Shown here piece by piece: positions 51,383 through 61,677 of a DNA stretch of 64,000 nucleotides. The stretch is taken from the NCBI GenBank assembly GCA_000091205.1, contig AP006497.2; one strand, written 5' to 3'. A model generated the notes under the pieces. It did not search any database, was not told the DNA's origin, and saw only the letters and a list, made by a program, of their open reading frames with translations. This DNA is from Cyanidioschyzon merolae. Its lineage: Eukaryota. How positions within the stretch are numbered: position 1 is the stretch's first letter; every line of letters begins with the position of its first letter. The position numbers and the translations under genes are program-made.

Positions 51383-53147
51383 AGGCACTGGCTGGGGCCG
51401 AGCACCGCCACCCGCGCCAGCACCGCACTGGTTTGGTTTCATTACGAGCGCACGAAGATTGTCGAGTGTTTCTTTCCAGTGCAGGCGGTCTCGGGACGTA
51501 AGCGCCAACCATATCAGAGTCGTGAGCAGTGCCTTGCTGGCAACTTTGGCTGGAAGACGAGCGGCAGAAATGCCGGCTTTTGCGGGCAAAGCAAGCAGTT
51601 CTGGTGTATTCAAAGACGGTGCCTGGAGCAGGTACATGCTCTAGTGATGGTCTAAACTCGTTTCAGATGAACATGGAACACTGAACGTTTCGCTCTGTTC
51701 CAGCCTGGAGCATTTGTTTCGGAATGTGTTGGTATGAATAGCATGGCATTCGAGCTGGAATCAGACTGGCTTGATTCTTCACATGTAGGTATAGGATTTT
51801 GCGGGGTCGTTCATTCGGGGTGACCCCTTCGATGCTTTGCCTATGGTACGCGTTACGTCACCAGAATCATGACAATTGGTGACACTTCCAAACAGAAATT
51901 CGTGAAATAAGCACTATGATCATTCATTGCATACGTATAGGTTCACGATTGAACCCGTTTCTTGATACGGACCATGATCAAAATATGCATGCTTCAAGCT
52001 TTCGACCTCTACGTTTCAAAGCTACTCGCAGGTGCAGCAACGCAGGCCGCCGAACTGCCGAGAAGCGGCAACTCGGCGTCGTTCCAGGACAGTTTTTTCA
52101 AAACCTCATGCCGAACGTTCCCTGACCTTGTCGCGTCGCATCAAGAAATTCGAAGGAAGGAACAGTCACGCCTGGTTCGTGGCCAGCGACGGAACCGCAT
52201 TCGACAACAGCAGCGTGATAGCACTCGCGTGTCACGCTCCCCAGAGCTTCCGTCGGTACAGATTGCATGGAAACGAGCCTTGGAAACGGACTTGAGTCAT
52301 CGCAGTGATCGCTTTCTCTGGGGAATCCGTCATCGTTTTGCAGGAAGCGTGCGTAGATGGATCGAAGTCTCTCTACTTGTTCTCGTAAGGCGATGCTGCT
52401 TCCGGTGCTTATTTCATCATGGACCACAGCATCGTACTCAACACATGCTTCGTTGAATAGAGCAGCATGCGCTGGTATCTGCTGCGGACATGGTACTCGA
52501 CGAATGAGCATCGCTCCAGAGAAGCAACCCCTGAACGTTGGGTATGGCGTCAGGCGCAGAGACGCAGCAGAGCGCATGGACGGGAGTCGTCGGTGCCCAA
52601 CGACGTCATGTACGGAGCGGTGAAGTAGGTGTTCGCAGGCCACACAGAGTCGTTCTTGGAGAAGCATCTCTGGCGGACACGTATCTCTAAGCACCTGAAC
52701 AAATCCAAGCGTCAACGCGACGACGGGCGCACCCAAGCTCTGAACCCAAAACATGAAAGCGCCAGTCGAAACGTAGATCACAACGAACGTCGACGCATTC
52801 AATACGTCGCCACCAGCCAGAAAAGTAAAAGCATACGAACTTGAATGTTGGTATGAACATCTTTCGCTACTGCAGAGAACGGAGCTGGATGAAAAAAGAG
52901 AGGCATCTGGAATGAACGCTCGCGACAAGAGAAGGGTACCAGAAGCAGTCGCAGACCCCAGCGCCCAAATCTGGTGTTGATGACAATGGAAGGAGACACA
53001 AAGCTTCGTATGGACGCCCGAGTCAGCATAGTGGGATCATTGTACTCTATGCTGACGCAGGTAGAGTTGGAATGACATGCTTTGACCTGCGTCCGTGTAC
53101 ACGTGGCTGCTTAGGTGCATCCGTACGTCGGTGCGACATGGTGTAAC

Positions 53148-53173
53148 GCACACACACACACACACACACACCA
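53148..53173. repeat. (CA)n dinucleotide microsatellite (a second one at 58044-58063)
   Basis: gcacacacacacacacacacacacc and cacacacacacacacacaca, both intergenic. Confidence 0.9.
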
Positions 53174-53499
53174 CAAGGCGATAACGACCCAGTGCTTGGC
53201 GACTTGTCTTATGCGCCATGCATCTGACATGCCCTAATCTCTTCGAGTCTGCGTCGGTGCGTACACTGCCGCATGAGGAACAGTCGCATTCGCCTAGACA
53301 CTCGCAATGTCATCGTTGCGACACTTGCGCCGCGTTTCGGATCACGTCCTGATCAGAGAAGCGTTGGATGCAGTAACGAAAACGCTGGACTCAACAGCAC
53401 CTGTTAGCTGCTCATGTTCATAGCCAACTCGAATGCACCAGGTTCAGTAGCGTACGCTTCGATACCTGCATCGCAAGCCATGCACATACACACTTGTCT

Positions 53500-54234
53500 T
53501 CAGACAGAATGGTCATGCGCCCTATGAAGTGCCTCCCGTAGCCCAGCAATCACACGCCCAGCATCCGGCCCTGCACCGAATACAGCAGAGCCAGACACCA
53601 GAACATTGCATCCTGCCTGAGCAGCTGCGTCTGCGGTTGTCAGGCCGATGCCACCATCCGCTTGAATATCAAGGAGCGGATATCGTTCGCGAAGAAACCG
53701 CACCTTGGGTAGACATTCAGGCATGAAGCTTTGCCCACCGTGTCCAGGCTCAACGGTCATAATCAGAACCATATCAACTGCGGCTGCGTCTACCAGCGGA
53801 AGCACAGCCTCAACTGGGGTACTCGGGCGAAGGGCCACGGCTGGTCGCGCCCGTAACGCTCGAACACGCTCGCAGAGTGCCAGCGCCATGCGCAGACCGT
53901 CTTCTCCAAACACCTCGTAGTGGAAGGTGCAGCCCAGGTTTGGAGCTGGGCCCTGGTTATCGCCGTTGACGCGGGCGAACTGCTCGATCCAGAACACCGG
54001 CGCGGTGGTCATAAAGTGGCAGTCCAGAAACACTTGTTGGCCGACGGCTCGTCGGAGACCCTGGAAGACAACAGGCCCGAGTGTCAAGTTGTCGACAAAG
54101 TGCCCGTCCATGACGTCCACGTGCAACCAGTCGGCCCCGGCGTCGAGCACGCGTTTCGCCTCAGCTCCGAGGTTGCCAAAGTCACAAGAGAGCAACGACG
54201 GTGCAACGATGGTCGCTAGAGGTTTAGACTGCAT
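53500..54234 (-). CDS. RPE: Ribulose-phosphate 3-epimerase (RPE)
   Basis: ...PLATIVAPSLLSCDFGNLGAEAKRVLDAGADWLHVDVMDGHFVDNLTLGP...MTVEPGHGGQSFMPECLPKVRFLRERYPLLDIQADGGIG are RPE catalytic and metal-binding motifs. The track start is GTG; the first ATG is complement 54232-54234, which gives MQSKPLATIVAPS. Confidence 0.85.
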   Translation of the reverse strand: MQSKPLATIVAPSLLSCDFGNLGAEAKRVLDAGADWLHVDVMDGHFVDNLTLGPVVFQGLRRAVGQQVFLDCHFMTTAPVFWIEQFARVNGDNQGPAPNLGCTFHYEVFGEDGLRMALALCERVRALRARPAVALRPSTPVEAVLPLVDAAAVDMVLIMTVEPGHGGQSFMPECLPKVRFLRERYPLLDIQADGGIGLTTADAAAQAGCNVLVSGSAVFGAGPDAGRVIAGLREALHRAHDHSV

Positions 54235-56590
54235 CTTCTCGTTGACTGCAAAAGGGAGGCAGCACCAGTGCTTTCGCTGCTCGGGCTCTGCTGGTCGAGA
54301 GGAAACGCGACTCACACACGGTTTCTGGGCCTCTGCAGTGCAGCCTCGTCTCCGGAAACGGTACGCTGATGCGACCGGGCAACCGAGTCGAGCGAGGCGG
54401 CGTTCGCGTCTGCGGTAGCTCCAGCAACGGCAAAAGCAGCAACCTCAGGAACGAGGATGCAAGCAACGTTGCGTATGTTGAGGCCGTCTACAGATTGGAT
54501 TTTTGCACGATACTTGTTCACAGTCGGACTGATGCGTGGCGGGTTTCAGGTGCCGCACGACTTGGGTGTTGGCATATGCTTCGGGGAATCTCAGCAGCAT
54601 CGAAACAACGTGCGTGTTTCAGTTCCTGGGGAAACTTAACAGCGCTGATAGAAAAGCACTGCTGGCGACGGAGTGTTGCGGTATTCGCCCTCCTGGTGTC
54701 GAGGTCGGCAAATGCCGCACCATAGTGTTGTGCGAAGCGACTGCATGCTCGACGAAAGCGTTGCGTATCGTCGGATGCTGAGAACGGCATGCGGCTGCCA
54801 AGTCAGCGGTGTGTCGCTGTTGCGGCCGGTGTCGTGCGCTTGGGGTTGGCATCCCGGCTTTTGGACGACATCTGCACCAGTTGAGCGGATACACTGAAAG
54901 ACCGGTCGCACGCTGGTTTTGTTTGCAAGTGCAACGAGCGTGGTGTCGGTGGAGCGTTATGCGCTCCTATCTCGATGCAGGGGCTCCTTCTTCAGAAAAG
55001 CGCTAAGCAGCATAAAAAACTGAGTGAACGAAGCGATCACTGGAGGCCCTAGCACACCTTTCCAGCTTTGGACGCTTTACGAGGGGCTTTTCTTATCGAC
55101 ATGTGCAGCAGCTCCCTTGCGGACGATAAACAGAACGACTTGGCGGAACGGCGACAGATTCATGTTCACGAAAGCGGAAACGTACCGCCCCTGCATCAAG
55201 TTCTCCAGATCCGCACTGCGAGGTTCCGCTGCCTCTGATGCATACCAGTACAACAAATCATCCGGTGCTTGTCTTGAAGGATGTTCGGGGACGTGTCAGA
55301 TGAAGGCACTGCAACCATGGCAGTCACTGGAGCGACATACGACGATGCCGTACTCTTCGAGACGATCCCTGCAACCGTACATGATGCAGCGTAGCGTCAC
55401 CATGGGATAAGCGTGCGTACCTTTGTCCGGTCGAAATAGGACTCTTGGCAAGGCGGCCTGCTCTTTCTGGTGGAGAATTCGATGCCAACTGGCATGCCAA
55501 GTACACAAATGGAAGTCATCGAGTCCCTAACCAACAATTTTTCATCCTAGAGCAAGAATCATGTATTCTTTTCTGATAAGAACGAAGAGTTTTACTCGCT
55601 TTCCACGCTCGTATGCTTTCTCGTTGAAAGACATGTACCGCAGCGATCGAGTGGCACAGCTAGACATGCTACAACGCACCGTTTCGTCTGGACCGTGCTT
55701 GACGCCCTTGCATCGTCATCACGACAGCGACATACTCGCTCCGGCAGCAAATAGTCCGACTTGCGAGCGGCGCTTATTTTTGTACAGAGAAGTCGTGCGC
55801 CGCAAGGACATGATCTACAATGACAATCACGATTTTCACTTGTGCTGCTGAAGACGCGTTGCCGCCTCGGACAGAGGCCGTGGAGGTCGCACCGCCTCCG
55901 CTCATTGCCCGTGAGTGGCTCTCGTTGATCCGGTTGCAACGCGCTGTCAGCGGGGAACGATTGCCACCTGGCGGGTGCACGCCCCTTCCCTCCGAGGCAG
56001 ACGTAAATAGTACGAATGCGGGAGAGCCTCTGACATGGCGCTCGAGGTCCCAGACGAACGGGCGAAACGCACGATGGCTGCACCACCACCGCAGATCGGT
56101 GAGTCGCTCTGCGCTCATTTTTGATCCAGTGTCTGTTGGATAGAACGCTTGCGGTGGTGGTCAACAGGCTGCAAAGTTTCGTTGCCGGGTCCGAAACGGG
56201 ACTGTATGAGGTACTTTTGGGATACGCGTGGAATCCAATGCAAGTGTCTTCAAGTGCATGTTCAAATGCTTGTCCCTAGACACATCCAGACATGCCTAGA
56301 GGGATGCACTGATCTCCATACGAATACGCATCGACTCATGTGCACAATTTTTCATGGATATTCATGGAGGCCTGAGCTTGGACACGCGTCCACAAATCCA
56401 AAGATCGTCGTATACACAGGTACTCACGGGAACACGCGACATGTGCGATCAGAAGATTGCACCATCGCTTCACAATGGAACGCAATGGTATCCTGGGCAG
56501 TAATATCGAAGTAAAGAACAAACGTATCGTGCACCAATTGCGCAGAGAAATCGTTTCCTTTTTAAAGATACAGTGTTTCGGCCTTGCTGA

Positions 56591-57571
56591 TTACCGACGA
56601 TGAATCGGAAGCAGTGCCTGGTTCCAGGCAAGAGTCCAGTGGTCGCTATCCTGGTCATTGATTGCTTGTTCGGAAGTATTCCGAATTGGAGCAAAATGCT
56701 TACACCGAATACGAAACGCTTCCCGCGAAGCTTCGCTCCATGCAATGCTGGTGGAAGCTCCACAAAGCACGAGACACGAACGTATGTCCCTAGCGGCCTT
56801 CAAGTCTCGATGCGGAAAGTGCTCGTGTGCCTGTGTTCCGATGCAATTCCACCTTAGTAAGGCATTGACGTGCGTATGCCTCACCAGGTGACATTCGGTC
56901 AGGTTATTCTCGTGCGTCAGCGCAAGCGACTGTCCCTGTTTGACGCACCTCTTCTCTAACTGTTTCAGAGCATATTGCTGCTCGTCATGCGCGAATGTCG
57001 TCTGGAATTCATCGATGGCATTCGTACAGAGTCGATTCTCGCATTCGAGGTACGATCTCGTTAACGGTGCCAGTCTACGACGTATTCGCACCACAGCACG
57101 CCCGGCGTCATTGACGACAACCACCAAAGGATGCGACTTGCCGATTGTTTCCTTTTCCAACACACTGAAAAAGTACGCGAATGAACGCTGCTTGCTCTTT
57201 TGCGACAGCGACCGTTGGCGCGCACAGCGCTGTCTCATAGGCTCCTGCCAAGGAGCTTCCGCCCGGGTCACGAGAACGCTCGTGTTCACTCTGAACGCAG
57301 CGTAGAATCCACGACATACGTACTGACTTTCTCTGTGGCAGCAAGCTGGTGGCAGGTACAACGCCCACGCGGTGCGCTTCGTGACGCGCTCGACACTGAC
57401 CCGTCTCTGGTGTTGGCTTTTACGGTTGGTTTTGATGCTTTCTGGCATCAGCGCTGTTGATCTTCCGATCATAAGCTCGACATGGTAACGCTTCCAGGTA
57501 TTCTGGGATACGCTTGAGCGCAAGTCGCGGATGCGACGATCAGGCAGTATGCTATGTTCTGTACTGAGCAT
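56591..57571 (-). CDS. Hypothetical protein (326 aa), no recognised domain
   Basis: A long ORF with a verified ATG at complement 57569-57571. Confidence 0.35.
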   Translation of the reverse strand: MLSTEHSILPDRRIRDLRSSVSQNTWKRYHVELMIGRSTALMPESIKTNRKSQHQRRVSVERVTKRTAWALYLPPACCHRESQYVCRGFYAAFRVNTSVLVTRAEAPWQEPMRQRCARQRSLSQKSKQRSFAYFFSVLEKETIGKSHPLVVVVNDAGRAVVRIRRRLAPLTRSYLECENRLCTNAIDEFQTTFAHDEQQYALKQLEKRCVKQGQSLALTHENNLTECHLVRHTHVNALLRWNCIGTQAHEHFPHRDLKAARDIRSCLVLCGASTSIAWSEASREAFRIRCKHFAPIRNTSEQAINDQDSDHWTLAWNQALLPIHRR

Positions 57572-59357
57572 CAGTTGTGTTGGCCTATGAATGGTTCATC
57601 GAAAAGTTGCCGAGAGAGACATGGACAGCTGGCATCTCAGCGTCCCGAACTCGTTCGAACAGTTGCTTGACGAGGTGCGTCGAGTTGACTGAAGCTGGGC
57701 GAGCCTTTCTTCGACTAGGGAGCTACATGCACCCTGATTACATCCTGCGTCTTTCGGTGCCGCGGATGCGAACGATTCGTTTATGGATCCGCAAGCGTAA
57801 AGCAGACGTTTTCAAACATAAAAGATGCGTTCGACGATACCGAACCAGGATGAATAGCCCAGAACAGAGGGCAGCTTCATGACGATTTTGACTAGGTGTG
57901 CCTCGGCCACATCCTTGCGTCGTGGTAGGTGACATGCTCTGGGTGCCGCAGCAAAGTCTATGCGAAGGACAAACCATGAAGATCACTTGGACGAAGGATG
58001 ACGTGATGAACGATCCCGTCTATTTTGCGATTTTCGAGGCGTCCACACACACACACACACACAATGGAATCGCCCGCGTGGCAGCTGTTGTTGATATCTT
58101 CGCTCGTCCCGGCTTTACGAAGAGCGGCTTGACCCGCTTCGAGTACCAGTATACCTGTGTAACCATTTTTCTCTGATGTCGTCTCATCGAGTGAGCCAAA
58201 GACTCGTCATGCCCGTTACATGGATCCGCATTTGAGTACGAAATCGATAGTGGATTGTTGAGCGCTCGACAGTCCCGCATGGAATCATGTTCTCTCCTGT
58301 GTCCATCCGTGTCGCTTCAATGCCGTTCGTATCAGCAGTACGGAAACTTCGCATCCTATGGCTCCTTCCGTCGTGTTTCGTAACGCACATCTGGAGTGGA
58401 ATGGATTGACGAGAAGACCGTCGTACAGCTAGTGTCTGAAAAGTTCTGTTGTGGGTGCATGATGCCTGGGACAAAGAAGACGACGAGAAGAGGCCGGCAT
58501 CCAGCTGCAGATGGTAGAGTAACGGACTTGGACGAGTCAAGCACCTCTGACACGCTAGCACTGCCATCATCGACTCTCTCAGTAAGCTTTCTCCAATCTA
58601 CCGATGTCAATGCATCTGTGAAATATCTGCGAGAGACACCAACAAAACAAAAAGAGCGTACTGGTCCAGACATCGCAGAATTCCCTGCCCGGAGGCTAAC
58701 AATCCAGCCGAACGCATGTCTCTCGATGGAGGCCAGCACTCGCGCTCTCCCAATGCTCTGCAGGTGCACGCACCGTGGAGCGCAAGTGTGTAGGAGTGTT
58801 TGGTGCCTCTTACAGACCGCAGTCACGAAATCCGTATCGCTCTATTCACTAGACCCTCGTATGTGCCCGAGCGATATTCCATCGACTTGCTACTGGTCCG
58901 GGGCCGCCCGCTTATTCCATCACCAAGACATACCGAGGTGAACCTGCGACGCCCACAACGAAGCCTGTTCCCTCGGACGATAATGTCGCACCACGAATGC
59001 GGTAACGCTTTTGACAGTTTGGGTATTTAGCAAACACGCAGCTCGAGCTGTACCGAGCGTCAATCTTCTCTATCCCAGAAGACATTGACCGAATCAGAGA
59101 CCGATATCGAGATGGCAAAGCGCGACCCACACCCATACACTTACACATCCGCCTGAAGCGAGATGAGGAGCGGTTCCTTGCGCACTCACCACTCCGGGAC
59201 CGTACAATGTCTATACGCTAAACATGACAACGCTGCACAGCAGAATATCTGTTGACCCTTGTGGTTATCTCTCGGACTTGGCCACAGCGTACGTCTCATG
59301 GAAGCGCGTTCTCGCTGGACCAAATGCTCGAATGGCTCTTCGTCAATCGGTGCACGC

Positions 59358-59667
59358 GAACGCCTCACATCAGCACGAATAGAGCCTAGGTACGTCATGA
59401 AACGAACGCCTAAAGCCCTGAACGCCTCACATCAGCACGAATAGAGCCTAGGTACGTCATGAAACGAACGCCTAAAGCCCTGAACGCCTCACATCAGCAC
59501 GAATAGAGCCTAGGTACGTCATGAAACGAACGCCTAAAGCCCTGAACGCCTCACATCAGCACGAATAGAGCCTAGGTACGTCATGAAACGAACGCCTAAA
59601 GCCCTGAACGCCTCACATCAGCACGAATAGAGCCTAGGTACGTCATGAAACGAACGCCTAAAGCCCT
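59358..59667. repeat. Minisatellite: 62-bp unit x5 perfect tandem copies
   Basis: The unit gaacgcctcacatcagcacgaatagagcctaggtacgtcatgaaacgaacgcctaaagccct starts at 59358, 59420, 59482, 59544 and 59606. The array overlaps the stop codon of the coiled-coil gene on the minus strand. Confidence 0.95.
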
Positions 59668-60650
59668 GTGGCTTTCGACGTGCCCTCTCGTTGGGTATTT
59701 CGGCCGCGATTCCATTCCCCGTCAAGGTCGTAGAGACGCAACTCCAGCGCTCTGTTTCGTCTTTGCAATGTTTCCACCTCGTCAGAGAGGTGAAGTGACT
59801 TGAGCTTGAGGGCTTCGTAGGCCTCTCGCGTCGCATCCAAGGCTGTCTCAAGCTCTAGAACTCGCTTTCGGAGCGACTGCACTTGGTACTCAAGTCGCTC
59901 TCGTTCCGACTCTGCATTGGCGGCTGCGACTTTGGTCTCGACCAGCAAGCGCTCATAATCTTCTAAAGACGAAGGTTCCACACGTAAAAGTTCAGCGATA
60001 GACAGGCGCTCGACTTGTTCGGTATCCCAGTTCCCGGTTGATGACGTGGCTGGCGTCGGGCGTTGGCGTGACTCGTCGACACGGTCGTGCTGCAGCGTGT
60101 CCCCAGAAGTCCCGATACTGAGGTGTTCAGAACAAGTCACCAGCGACTTTGCCGGAGAGCACGCTTGTTCCGCGACGCGCCTCCGACTTGATGCTTCACG
60201 CGTTTCACCGGGGACAGCTTCCAGCGGCTCTTTTGAGGTGCGGCTCGATGAGCAAGTGTCAGCTGATGCGCAGCCTCTGTCCGTGCCGCCACGCGCTGCC
60301 AAGGCGGCTGTCGTGACTTGCACTCCAGGCAGCGATTCGTCTGTACATTCGTTGCTGAGAGCGTTTGAATTGAGGCCCGTCGCGTGTTCACCTCGCGTTG
60401 CGTCTCGACCGGTGGGGCAGCGCGCACTGGACGCGTCGCTTCCAGCGCTCGTCGACATGGGTAGGCAAGCGACTTTTGCCTTTTCTAAAACCAAAACCGG
60501 TACCGACCAACGGTGCACCCTGGTGCTGGCTAGTGTGTCTCTCGTCGGCTTGAGCAGCACGTTCACACACCGTCTCCACTGTGAGGCACAACGAAGCGCT
60601 TTTCCACGCGTCAACTCTCTGAAACGTCCAGGTAACGCGCACCGATGCAT
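59658..60650 (-). CDS. Hypothetical protein with a C-terminal coiled-coil
   Basis: The ATG at complement 60648-60650 is verified. The C-terminal ~110 aa (...LEDYERLLVETKVAAANAESERERLEYQVQSLRKRVLELETALDATREAYEALKLKSLHLSDEVETLQRRNRALELRLYDL) has heptad-like periodicity. The N-terminal half is Ser/Thr-rich. Confidence 0.45.
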   Translation of the reverse strand: MHRCALPGRFRELTRGKALRCASQWRRCVNVLLKPTRDTLASTRVHRWSVPVLVLEKAKVACLPMSTSAGSDASSARCPTGRDATRGEHATGLNSNALSNECTDESLPGVQVTTAALAARGGTDRGCASADTCSSSRTSKEPLEAVPGETREASSRRRVAEQACSPAKSLVTCSEHLSIGTSGDTLQHDRVDESRQRPTPATSSTGNWDTEQVERLSIAELLRVEPSSLEDYERLLVETKVAAANAESERERLEYQVQSLRKRVLELETALDATREAYEALKLKSLHLSDEVETLQRRNRALELRLYDLDGEWNRGRNTQREGTSKATGL

Positions 60651-61293
60651 CGCATTAGAAACGCTTTCATACCTGAACAGGTACAGCCAAGAGCATTCTG
60701 ACTGTTGGACTAGCGTACACTCATTTCATCGTAAATAGGAAAAAGATCGACAATGACTATTCACAAGTATACACTAAAGCACTGGTACTGTCCCTATTGT
60801 CATCAACATCGGCCTTTGCTCGCCTTTTCTATGACTGCTTCCAGTTCGGATCTCTTATCTCCGGCTTCAAGTACGTCAGTTTCTCAAGTGCCTCCAGATA
60901 CGTTCTCAGCAGTCCACGGATGTTGATGGGAGCGTTCAAGTCCCGATTTTGGAGCTTTCGGATGGTGTCAACATTATTTATGTTCTGGTGCAAGTTGCGA
61001 TCTACGCTTCGCTGGATATAGATAGAGCTTCTCTATGGAGAACCTCGGTACACCCTTCGCTGCAGGAACACTGGGCCATGGTCAAGTCTTTGAACATCTC
61101 GACAACGTGTTGCCTCTTCCTGGGTCTGCCCCGTTGCACGTGGATGCTTGCTTCATCGCCCAGCACATGCCCTTGACCGGTACATAGGGCTTCCATTAAT
61201 GCCCCACTTCGTATCGATACTTGGTGCAGTCCACACCGGTGACGGGACTCCTTCTGGGCGATTTGCCAGGCGAGTACGCTTGAAGCTGCACAC

Positions 61294-61677
61294 GCAAGCG
61301 TACGCCGTTCTACTCGATAGATGATAAGCGGATTCCGATGTCTTCCATGATGAAACAGCAAGCGTACGCCGTTCTACTCGATAGATGAGAAACGGATTCC
61401 GATGTCTTCCATGATGAAACAGCAAGCGCGCGCCGTTCTACTCGATCGATGATAAGCGGATTCCGATGTCTTCCATGATGAAACAGCAAGCGTACGCCGT
61501 TCTACTCGATCGATGATAAGCGGATTCCGATGTCTTCCATGATGAAACAGCAAGCGCGCGCCGTTCTACTCGATCGATGATAAGCGGATTCCGATGTCTT
61601 CCATGATGAAACAGCAAGCGCGCGCCGTTCTACTCGATCGATGATAAGCGGATTCCGATGTCTTCCATGATGAAACA
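61294..61677. repeat. Minisatellite: 64-bp unit x6 tandem copies (minor variants)
   Basis: The unit gcaagcg[ta/cg]cgccgttctactcgat[a/c]gatga[t/g]aa[g/a]cggattccgatgtcttccatgatgaaaca starts at 61294, 61358, 61422, 61486, 61550 and 61614. The spurious minus-strand ORFs MLFHHGRHRNP... are read through it. Confidence 0.95.

Noticed and set aside
52098-52928. 276-aa minus-strand ORF in the TamB-RPE spacer
   Set aside because: It has no recognisable motifs and the ORF is only modestly long in a GC-rich background. I did not see enough evidence to call a gene.
59358-61677. Possible CRISPR arrays (regularly spaced repeats)
   Set aside because: The units are head-to-tail with no unique spacers between them. 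The genome is eukaryotic, so these are minisatellites.
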